Shown here: piece after piece, positions 53,686 to 64,000 of the stretch | How positions within the stretch are numbered: position 1 is the first letter of the stretch | Layout of the letters: each line of letters begins with the position of its first letter | Origin: Chara braunii | Taxonomy: Eukaryota; Plantae; Charophyceae | Direction of reading: 5' to 3' | Assembly (NCBI GenBank): GCA_003427395.1 | Contig: BFEA01000004.1 | Span: 941,587 to 1,005,586, forward strand | DNA: 64,000 nucleotides | Translations under genes and position numbers: made by a program | Notes under the pieces: generated by a model | Seen by the model: the letters and a program-made list of their open reading frames with translations, nothing else | What the model was told of the DNA's origin: nothing | The model's database searches: none

Positions 53686-53852
53686 CGCGATGCAGTCCGT
53701 TTTTCTCAATTTCATTCTCCTTCTTCCTTTTGTTTTTTTGGAAGTTTTCTTTGTTTTGTCGTTTGTTTTTTATTTTATTTTGTTCACATTTATTGTAAAG
53801 AAATTTTAATGTCGGGTCGGGCCTTGACAACCGGTAGGTACTGGTGGTTTAA
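52883..53852. mobile_element. ~970-bp member of the ACCACCAGTAC-TIR family with a central hairpin
   Basis: ttagaccaccattacct...aggtactggtggtttaa; internal inverted repeat at 53280-53472. Confidence 0.5.
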
Positions 53853-56069
53853 TCGACAAACCCAACTTCGAATTTTGCCGAGCTGCAGTGCAACCAGTAC
53901 CACCATGGCTCTTCTCAGAAAAGTGAAGGCGGTACTGGTACCAGCCTCTGTACTGGACCAGCTGCCAGCACCTGGAACAAAAGGGAGGTTGCTGGTTTCA
54001 CTCACCTGCCACCCCAACCTCTCAAAAGAGCAAAGAAGTGGGAACATTTTCCCAGCAAAACAAATGAAGGAAGGGGGAAAAACACACACACACAGAAAAA
54101 CAGACATTCCTCGCCTGCTCATTTTCTTTTTGTGCTGGATGTATCTGACCGCAGCGGAATGCTCCCGCCGCCCTAGCCTCGTAACGTGAAAGAGCCATGA
54201 GAATGGGGGATGTTCTGTCAGCAAATCGAAGGAAAAATGGGGGGGGGGGGGGGGGGGAGGAGGTAGATTCCTCCTACGGTGGGTGTCTTTTTGTGCTGTA
54301 TCTGACTGCAGTTGCGTCCTGAGATGAGTGAGGGGCTGATCGGACAGTCGTTGACTTTCGTAAAAGACAAACGAGAAAGCTGGAAGCAAACCGCGCGGAA
54401 CGTGGAAAAAACAATGGAATCCGACAGGCCTGCGCCCAACGCCGTGGCAACGGAGTATTTACAAAGCCGGTGGTGGGATGTTGCAGCTCATTCCAATCAA
54501 GAGAAGGGGTGGATACAAGAAGAAAAAAAAAACAGAAAAAAGAATTGAGCTCATGCTTTTTCGTGGCAGGGTAGGGATCGCCTGCTTTTGGAGTTTGGAA
54601 GCGGGTGGCGACGATCGCGCTGGTGCCGCCATGACCACAAAGATTGCCACTTCCTTTCATAAGCGGTACAGCACCCCACTCAGGCAGAAAGAAGTGGGAT
54701 CCCAGACAACACCCGAAACTGCGTGGCATAAATACTGTCAGATCAGACCCCAAAGTGGGGGGTAGAACAAGAAAAACAAGATAAATCCTTTCCATGCTCG
54801 TTTTCTTTCTGCGCTGGATGTATCTGACTGCAATTGCGTCCGGAGACGAGTGAGAATAGTCCTAGTGTGAGTACACTCTCACGGTGTTTGTTCTCAACGG
54901 GCTGCGAGATTGAACCAGGCGGAGAACAAGAGGCCCATTTTCCCTTTTCCAATGGGCCCACAAAGTTACTCCCCTGCTGCACAATAGGGCCTTCCCCAAG
55001 CCCGAAATCTGTAGAGAGGCTCAATTGTGATCTCCCAACCATGAGTATTGTTCACTCGCCAAGTCTGGCAGAGTGTACCGCCCTGCCCTTTCGCACAAAA
55101 AGCCATCCACGGAAAAGAGGCCATGCTCGTGATTTCTTTTGCCTGGAATAATATAATGGCCCCGGTATCTCAAATTTTCAAAAGGCTGGGACAGCTCACA
55201 CGACACGGTGTGTGCACTGCCCCATAGTAGAAAAATGGCTTGGAAAGGTACTGGAGGCCCAGTTTTGGTGGCATGTGCCACTCTCAAGTTCTGATTTGAA
55301 TATTTTGCAGCAGAAGGTACACGGGCGGGACACTTTCTCATGTCATGTCTTCATTCCCCAGTCAATTTCCTGGGAGATAATTTCAGCTTGCCAGCTTGTT
55401 AGAAAGTGCCTGCAGGAGCGCCGTACGAAGGGAGGAAGCAATCAATGATGTTGCACCAGGGCCTCCCAAACCATAATGGGAAGGAGCATGGGGTGTTAGT
55501 ACATGTATATTTTTTAGTCACCAGTGCGAAAAGGATGGGCCTTTTGAAAGGAGACTTGTTGCTATAAAGCCAAGTTTTCGAGGAAAGAAAAGACGCTGAA
55601 TCTGGACGTGTTTGTGGAGAGGTGCAAAAAACTGTAATTGCTCTGCTTTTCTGCATCTCTGCGTGGAACAGGTCCTGATCCAAACACTTATTCCAATTCT
55701 CTTTGCCAGTGGGATCTGGCCTTTAGGGCCTTGTTAGACCCTCCATGGAAATCCAATTTTTAGGAAATCGGTGTCGTTACACCGTGTCCGAATCCGCCAA
55801 ATCCCTTGAACGAATGTGAAAACGCTCCCGAGAGATTTCCTTGGGTTCCTCGGAATCCCCAGCCAAAACGTCCTTGGATTCGAGGTCCCTTGGGTTAAAG
55901 GAGTTGGTACACGCCTCACATGCTGCGATTCATGGAAGACGTCCTCTGACGGTTCCCTCTCCTGCTGCTGGCCACTCTTCTCCTGCTCGTTGTCGTGTTG
56001 TCCCACGTGTGTGTCGTTGTGCGGGGTCCTCACAGCGGAGGGAAACAACGATCTTTGAGGAAGACGGCG

Positions 56070-57728
56070 ATGGACAGGTGTGAAGCCTCCAACAGACAAC
56101 CGGGGGGCGTCGTTGAGTACGTCGGTCTAGAAGCGACGGTCGAGGCATGACCCGACTTTGTACAGTCATTTCCTGCCTCATGAGCAGCCGGTACCGTCGG
56201 ATCCGGAAGAGCAATGGGTGGATGCTCTGTCCCACACCTATCTCTGGGGAGCGCATCGGCGCAAGACTGGATGGGGAGCCATTGTAGACAATAGGAGGCT
56301 GTGACAAGTCTTCATTCCTCTGCTTTGCTAGAGGAAAGTGTCGTGGAGGCGATACGGAGATTGTGGACTTGGATTTTGGGTTGTCAAGCGCGAGTGCTGC
56401 AGCAGCTACACACTCGGACATTCAACCCAGTGCCTGCCGTGAGCGTCGGCGGATCGAGTGTGCATGGTGCAAGGTCCTGTCCGCAAGATGCGAGCCCTAA
56501 TGGGTGTCGTCCGCCGCCTTCATTTTCTCGGGGTGCCGGATCATCCAGTGACATGCTGAGGATGTCGTTTCCCCCCCCTTCGACATCGCCTTTGACTACA
56601 ACGCGGCAGACAATGCCCTCACCGGCGGCGAACATAAGCGTTGCCGGATCGGAGGAAGGTGGCAGGCAGGTGTGGGAGTCATGTCAGCGACAAATGCGTC
56701 AAATGCTTGTGGAGAACCTAACAAATGGGGTGTCAAGGATGCGTGTGGTGAGTGAATGACCGAATGTGGAAGACTCCAAACGGGTGAGCGATTACGAATC
56801 TTCAAATGTTCTTTGCGAAGAGGAAGCGGAAGACGTGGACGTCATGGAGATTCGACCCCTGCCTCTGCGTGGTAAAGGAAGGGGTGGAGGCGTGCATCAA
56901 GAGAAGACTGTTTCCCGTGGTGGTTGCTGCTCGAAGGGTCCGGCAGGCGAGAAGGGTGGGAAACATCCGTTCTGGAGTGTTGAGGAGATGCTCAAGCTCG
57001 CCCGAGCGAAGAGGGATCAGCAAGCTCATTTCGAGGGCATGTCGCACAACTACGGACGAATGCACAACAGGGAATGGAAGCTGCAGGACCTGCCAAAGCA
57101 TTTGTTGGAGGTGGGGGTAAGCAGGACGACAGACGACATCGGCAAGAAGTGGGATAACCTCTTCCAGCAATACAAGAAAGTGCAACGGTATCAAAACGCC
57201 TCTGGGGGGAAGAAATTCTTCAACCTCACACCTGCATTGAAAATGGAAGAAGGCTTCGGAATAGAGAAGCGCATATATGATGAGATAGACACCATGTCGA
57301 AGGGTAACAAGACCGTTAACCCAGACAACAACCCCGACACAAGCGCCGGTGGAGGAGTGCAGATGTCACATTCCCCATCCGTTGTTGGAGAATCGACAAT
57401 CGGGGGTGATGGGAACAACGACGATGGAGCCTCGGCGCGGGAGTCTGGCTTCAGTGCAGGCAGCATGAGAGGGAACTACAAGAGGAAAAACATACGCCAA
57501 CAGACATTCGACGCCATTGATGAAGTAATTGACAAACACTGCGCATTAATGGTTGACACCGTCGAGGGGCCCAGCAAGCGACAATATTTCATTCTGGAGT
57601 GGCAGTGCGACATACTCGAGCGTGAGGTTGATGCCCAGCAGTGGCACTACGAGGCGTCCGATGAGGTGAACAGGTTGATGTGCACTACATTACTGGAGAT
57701 CGCCGAAGCCATCAGGGACAGGTCTTGA
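56070..57728 (+). pseudogene. Intronless Myb/SANT-like trihelix DNA-binding protein, disrupted in its N-terminal half
   Basis: WSVEEMLKLARAKRD...REWKLQD...RTTDDIGKKWDNLFQQYKKV in ORF 56766-57728; in-frame TGA at 56757-56759 and upstream frameshifts; start position approximate. Confidence 0.75.
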
Positions 57729-58681
57729 TTCCGCCTCTACTCCTGCGGCGGTCTTCCTGTCCGTGAATCTACAGGCGATGCGGTCGTCGCTTGTTTTGCT
57801 CCAGTGACACGTTCGTCTACGTATGTATATACATTTAGTTTAGTGTGTATAATACATAATGTTTTTTCAGAAGAGAAAAAAAAAAAGAGAAGGAGAGAGA
57901 GAGAGAGAGAGAGAGCATCAAGAAACAACCACGCACGCAAGGACTCGAGGAGTCGGGGGTGATGGACGAACCGATCACCAGGCAAGAAGGAAGGAGGGGG
58001 AGGTGGGGGAGGTCGAGAGGACTCGTTGCAAATTGGGGTGGGAAGCGCGAGGGGCGGGAACTTTTTTGTAATGCGGAAGGGTGGCTTCGGGTGGTAGGTC
58101 GTCATGGAGGTGAAAAAAGGTTTTGATCGCCTGCGCAACCCCATGAAATAAACGCCATCCCGTCGGAAGCGCGTCGAGGCATGGATTGATCACGCAGCCA
58201 CTATAAAGGACTGACGCGGGTATGCTTCACAGCATGTGCAGGGCGCCCCGACGAGTATGTCTTCTCCTGCCTCATTGTCGTCCTTCGTCGCACGACGATC
58301 TCATCGTGGTCGCCGGTGAAGTGCAAGTCCGGTATGTCGACAAATGCGTCCATTGTTGTCTCTGCAGGCGAGTGATCAGCGGTCTCTCCGTCGTGGCGTC
58401 TACGTCAAGGAGCACTTTCGTTCGCTGTTCGTTTTAGAAGAGGCGACATCCGACTGCACAACATGCCGCCACGTGGACAGTCGCAACATAAAAAGCAAGA
58501 CAGCCCCGACGAAGGCAGAGGTGGCCAACTCGGAAGGGGACACGCTGGCAAGCGCATCGGCCCCTGCCTTTTGCAAAGCGCGGGAGCCCTCCCGACCATG
58601 TCATGCAGTAGTTAAACAAGAAAAAACAAAATGAGAGACAATTCGGGAAGGACACATAATAATCCCATGAACCGCCAAAAC

Positions 58682-58975
58682 GGGCGCAGTCGCGTTCTCG
58701 CTTCGTCGTTCTAGGCGGGTGCGCCAGCTGTACATCCCGCGGTCCCCTACGACAGGATAGGTTCCCAAGGGGCATAAGCTTGCTTCCCTAAGGGGTTGTC
58801 ACCACCCTTAGGGGCGTATCCGTACCAAGGGCGCAGTCGCGTTCTCGCTTCGTCGTTCTAGGCGGGTGCGCCAGCTGTACATCCCGCGGTCCCCTACGAC
58901 AGGATAGGTTCCCAAGGGGCATAAGCTTGCTTCCCTAAGGGGTTGTCACCACCCTTAAGGGCGTATCCGTACCAA
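58682..58975. repeat. 147-bp tandem duplication with 1 mismatch
   Basis: gggcgcagtcgcgttctcgc at 58682 and 58829. Confidence 0.95.
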
Positions 58976-60898
58976 GCTACTGACCCACGTGCGAAAGCTT
59001 TTACATGCAATTGTAGAGGTAGGTCAGCCGATGATATTTGCTCGCTCGCTGTAGTATAGATACGCTTGGTTAACGCCAAGCGGACCCGAACGTTGTCCGT
59101 CCTTTAGGGCGCTGATCTCCTAAGTACGAAGCGGACGCCGGTCGACTAGGACGTTCTCAACCAACCGTAAAACCCAAGATTATCTCAGTCCCTTTAGACA
59201 CATAGCCAAAACAAAGTTATAATAACCATCCATACTTGTATCAAAAAGAGTTGACCGCAACCGATAAGAATCTACATCCAATCCAAAGTAATAACTGGGA
59301 TAATCCAAATCATCATTTGATACATTCAACAACATAAGATCAAAAACAATTTGACCACCTCAGATCGAATATCACAAAACAATCGTACAACTGCCAACAA
59401 GAAGTTGACTATCGATAATAATATAAATGTAGTCGACAAGGTAGTCGGTTGCCTTAGTCTTAACTTGATGAGACTCGTTGCCAAAGCATTCATTCCAGCC
59501 TACACCCGACCTAAGATTCGACACACATAGTTGTCTTTAGTTTTTCTCAATCTTCTTGGATGACATGTTGTTTTGCGGATGATTCTTGATCAGGAGCGTT
59601 GTTTGAAGTGTTGCATGCCTCTCCCTTTAGGAAGTGGTCGGGGGTATTCCTCCTCGTCCTCCGAGCACAAAACTCGGATCTCGGAAGTTGGGCCGCCTCC
59701 ATCGAATCGACATGTACCCCCCCGCAGAACGGTCCACTCTGGGTTGATAACAGGGTTGGCTCCTAAAGCAATGAACCCCCGTCCCAGATGCTTTCTGAAG
59801 AAAAAATATGTGTCCACTGCAAGTAGCTTTCAACTACTCTTACTTCTCTCGAGTTCAGGGTAGCTTGGAGAAAAAAAAAATCAAAAGAAACAAAGAATGA
59901 GAATCATTTGGACAGGTATTATGGCGGACCCACCAGGAGTGCTGCTCCGCCAGAGATAGAGATGGAGATGGAGGAAGGAGGGGGAGCGAGATGGCACAAC
60001 GCAGCTCCCACGACAGACTTCAACGCACGTACTCCAAAGTGCGCAGAAGTAGAATGATGAGAAAAACAGACAACTGTTGGGGTACACCTCAGCGGACTGA
60101 CGTGAGTGGACTGGACTGGCTGGTACCGACAGAGGTACCGGCCTGGACTGGACTGCCCCGAATAGAACACAGGCCTGTGAGCACAGGCCAGGGGATGGTC
60201 TCACAGACCAACTAGAGGTCTGCTACACAATCCTCGGCCTGTGATGGATCATCGCATAGATACAAGCACGCTTCCGCCAAGCAGCGGAACTTTACCAAAG
60301 AAAAAGAAAACCTGAGTAGTCTAGGATGCGGAGCAAGCTCCATGGTAAGTCCATGCGATGCAGCCTAGGATAGAAAATGTCACAAAACAGCAATGCCACG
60401 GCTAACAGCCTAAGTGAAAGCAGAAGCAACTAACTAGCATACATATCCTAGGAAAGCAGAAACAACTAACTAGCATACATGTCCTAGGAAAGCAGACAGT
60501 AATGACAACTAGGTCGTAAAATGTTGGAGGCAATAGCCTCAGTTTGGAAAAAGCTGACTAGTGTATAAGTCCTAAGAACAACCAAAAGCAGAACAACTAA
60601 ATCATAGAAATGTTAGAGGCAGTAGCCTCAGTCTGTGAGCAATAAGCAACAACAAGTCAACCATATGACTGCATTCTTGTTTCTTTCACAGTTTTGCAAT
60701 TTTTGTGAAGATTCTACCACGTTCGGTTTTCATTTCACCTGCACTTCTTCATTTTTCATTCTCATTTTCACCCTTCGGACTTTTCCTTTGAGGGTGTTTG
60801 GGTGCAGGGTACAAACAATGTAAAATAACACAAACTTATGTTCTTCTTTTACTACATTTTTCACTAATCCCCATCTTTGCACATTCTTGTACACTCTT

Positions 60899-61121
60899 TT
60901 CAGCGCAACTGCACATTTTTATCAGGGTGCAAGGTACGTCTAAATAAGACTCTCACGATAGATAGGACAACTGTCATAAGGATGAGGGCGATGGTAGCAG
61001 CCCTCCCTCTTCAGCGCAACTGTACATTTTTGTCAAGGTGCAAGGTATGTCTAAGTAAGACTCTCACGATAGATAGGACAACTGTCATAAGGATGAGGGC
61101 GATGGTAGCAGCCCTCCCTCT
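60899..61121. repeat. 111-bp tandem duplication
   Basis: ttcagcgcaactg...cagccctccctct twice, with several mismatches. Confidence 0.9.
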
Positions 61122-63400
61122 GATCAACACGACGAAAATCATTCAGGTAAGCAACTTCGTCTCAGCAGGAGCCAGGGCGGCTAGCATTAACCATACCTCT
61201 GAAGCATGCATGACAGAGAGCATGCTGGTTGCAGGCCATGGCCATTGTGGGGCGTTCACCATCACAGTTAGGTGCACATTCGCTATAGCGTCCGCAGACA
61301 CAGATGAGACATACTGCACCTGGATGTAGGGACGTTCACAATCCGGATACAGGTGACATCCCTGCCGACAGCGGGCCCGAAAAATTATACAGTTATAGTG
61401 ACGTCGACAAAGTCGATGCTTTCCACAACCAAGTGTAACTGTGTCAGTGATCTCACAAAGAAGGAGGTCACAAGGTGTTAGTGCAGCATGTGGGGGAATG
61501 AAGACTAAAGTAGGCACGGTGACAGACATGGAGGTAGGCACGGAGACAGACACATAAAACAAGCATGGAGACAGGTGCAGAGGCAGGCACAGAGACAGGT
61601 GCCGAGGCGGGGACGGAAGTACACGACGTACCTATAGTATCAGTCATCTGGAAGGAGACAGACACAGAAACAGGCACAGAGACAGATACGGAGGCAGGCA
61701 CAGAGATAGGGGTAGAGGTGGGCATGCAAGTACACGAGGTGCCCACAGGGTTAATGACCTTAAACAGTTGCAGATTAGGGTAATTACGCATGAGATCACA
61801 TATGGCAGTAATAGTTTGCACCATAGCACCGTTATTCCATAATTCCTAAGAACCAGAGTCACGGACAAGAGAGGTGTAGTGGCAAGGCGCATGTTGAATA
61901 TAGACACAAACGTGAGAACAGTGGTACGGGTCGCCACCCGAAGGGGCACGCTGCATATCAAGTCGGCACCTTATCAAAGCAGTCTCCAAAACAGAGACAT
62001 TGAATCCCCCATTTGGAGTGTTATTACTATCTTGCGGGGGATGCGAAGTTGGGTTATCGACATATAACTCATGTTCCTAAGCATCAAGATCGGAAGCAAT
62101 GGCCAAAAAATCAGAGTGAGTATATGGTTTCTGATGATAGGCTTGTAAGCAGATGTTAGTAGCAGCGAGGATACACAGATTCGGTGGAGTCCAGTCAGGC
62201 GGATTTTCACAGAATCTCCTACAGTCCCTTTGCCAAGTGCATCCTCGGATGGTCCCTCGCCATCATGCCTCCTATTTTGTGTTTGCCGCATTGCGGAAAG
62301 GTTTGCAGTCGAAAAGCGTCATAGGCGTGGTAAGGATGTTTGGGGCAGTAAAAGACGGGGACGGGATGTTGGGGAGGCCGTGGTAGGGAGAATGAACGGG
62401 TTCTTCTTCGGCCAAGAACAGAGATGGAGAAAATGGGAGTAAGCTGAGGTTGGAAAGTAGGCCGAAGTCGGCGTCTAGGATGGCGAAGCAGACTTTCTAC
62501 AGGGGCAGAACATGATGACGGAGTCTGTATGGACGAAGTGGTTTGTGGATTAGGAAGAGAGGTAACGGATGGAGACAAAACCAGGGAGACAGGGGTGGTA
62601 GAGTCGCCGGAAGGTGGGTAACAGATGGAGATAAAACCAAGGGAAATAACGACGGCGAGGACGGGGTTGATGAAGGTAGGAGTGATGAAGTCAGGGGTGG
62701 TGACGTGGCTGCAGCAGAGACAGGGGGGGCAGTCATAGGTGAGACCCGAAGAGGGGACTCTGCAGGCCGTAATGTAGGCATTGACACAGATGTCATGGTG
62801 GACCACACCGAAACCAAGGGCGACGCCGCAACTGCGATGGCCACGAATGCCATGGAGGAGCACACAGAGACCAAGGGCGACACAGCAGTTGTGGTGGCCA
62901 CGGATGCCATGGAGGAATACACCGAGACCAAGGGCGACACAGCACGTGCGGGTCGAGTTGCTCCCGCGGAATCAATCATAGAAGCAACCAAGGCCGGTGA
63001 GGAAGAGGCTGCGAACCGAAAAGGGGCAGTTAAAGTCACAAACGACATAGAAGGGTTTACTAAGACTGACGAGGACGCATGCGCGACAGACACAGGTAAC
63101 GAAGAAGAGGTTGGGATAGGAGTGACAGACACTGGTAATGAAGAAGGGGTTGTGACATGCGTAGTCCGAGGACAGTGTGTGGATACCCGAGAAAGCAGGT
63201 GGTGAATAGACCATCGAAGCATGCCGTGAAACCAGCTGGACAGGTGAGACACGTGCGCAAGGTACCTGTGTTGACGTTTGCGAAATAGGAAGTTCATCCT
63301 TTCGCAAGCGTTGTTGGAGAGTGCCCGCGAAAAAGCATGCGGCGTATGAGCATCGTTGCTGCAGTTTTGAAATCATGCCAATTGGTGCAGACATACTCAA
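60930..63400 (-). pseudogene. Decayed multidomain ORF with RING-like Cys/His motifs and S/P/T/V low-complexity linkers, probably TE-borne
   Basis: CAPNC...MACNQHALCHACF...CYHRPHPYDSCPIYRE and CDLLLC...LGCGKHRLCRRHY...YPDC; low-complexity ORF at 62497-63297. Confidence 0.4.
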
Positions 63401-63467
63401 ACCTAGTAAGCTGGTCTGTAAACACTCCCGCCGGCTGGTGTGCAGGGACGTTAGGTGTAGCACTAGG

Positions 63468-63517
<50 letters not shown>

Positions 63518-64000
63518 TTATGAGGGGCTATAAAATATGAAACGATCACTCCTCACGATCACTGATGGATTTCCTTCAACAATTATAGTTATACTAAACA
63601 AAAGGTAGTCCAAATAATCAAGTAGAAGTTTGTGTGGTATCAGACGCTCACTCTCACAACAGTAGTGTAGCTTGTCCATCCACATTCACACAATACTCAG
63701 ATAATCACCAAGCTTAACTAAAAATATATTCTAATGCATATCTGCGAGCATACTGAATTCGAACAACAACATCTCACACATTAAGGAAGTCAACTTTATC
63801 GCTTTCTGCGACTCACACTCTGCCTTATGCACACAAACCCCAACCATTTTTCACCATCCCTCAATAAAGATACTCGGTCTTTAAAAATAGAAAGAAATCT
63901 GGGTGAAAATCCCAAGAAACATGAAAACCCACAAGAGTCAAGGTCTTAGATTGAGATGTAGAAACAGAGAAGTTGTGGCGTAAATCGACCTATTATCAAA

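Noticed and set aside
62543-63205. 220-aa plus-strand ORF
   Set aside because: Antisense shadow of a low-complexity repeat-rich minus-strand frame
63635-63645. TGGTATCAGA, resembling a tRNA-Met primer-binding site
   Set aside because: Not preceded by an LTR-like CA end and no gag follows within the window

Overview
Eukaryotic, transposon-rich genomic DNA. The repeat families, multi-kb introns and trihelix pseudogene most resemble a charophyte alga such as Chara braunii (inference from recall, not from a search). One apparently intact host gene is recognisable: a 5-coding-exon, ~404-aa ARM/HEAT-repeat (TOG/CLASP_N-type, TOGARAM/FAM179-like) gene on + (25353-41910) with consistent splice phases. 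The rest is mostly mobile-element debris. It includes a composite element at 2511-7437 (Helitron-like start, 136-nt hairpin, >1 kb mirror-image minisatellite arms), a decayed Penelope-like retroelement with an upstream CCHC/coiled-coil ORF, and a 5'-truncated Ty3/Gypsy element with a long 3' region and an apparently deleted protease. There is also a family of TTAA-flanked ACCA(C/G)CAGTAC-TIR elements, a U2 snRNA 5' fragment between 12-bp direct repeats, a Myb/SANT trihelix pseudogene, and three decayed copies of an unusual RING-like motif. Two large N gaps and several single-N duplications limit certainty. No CRISPR array, rRNA or intact tRNA was found.
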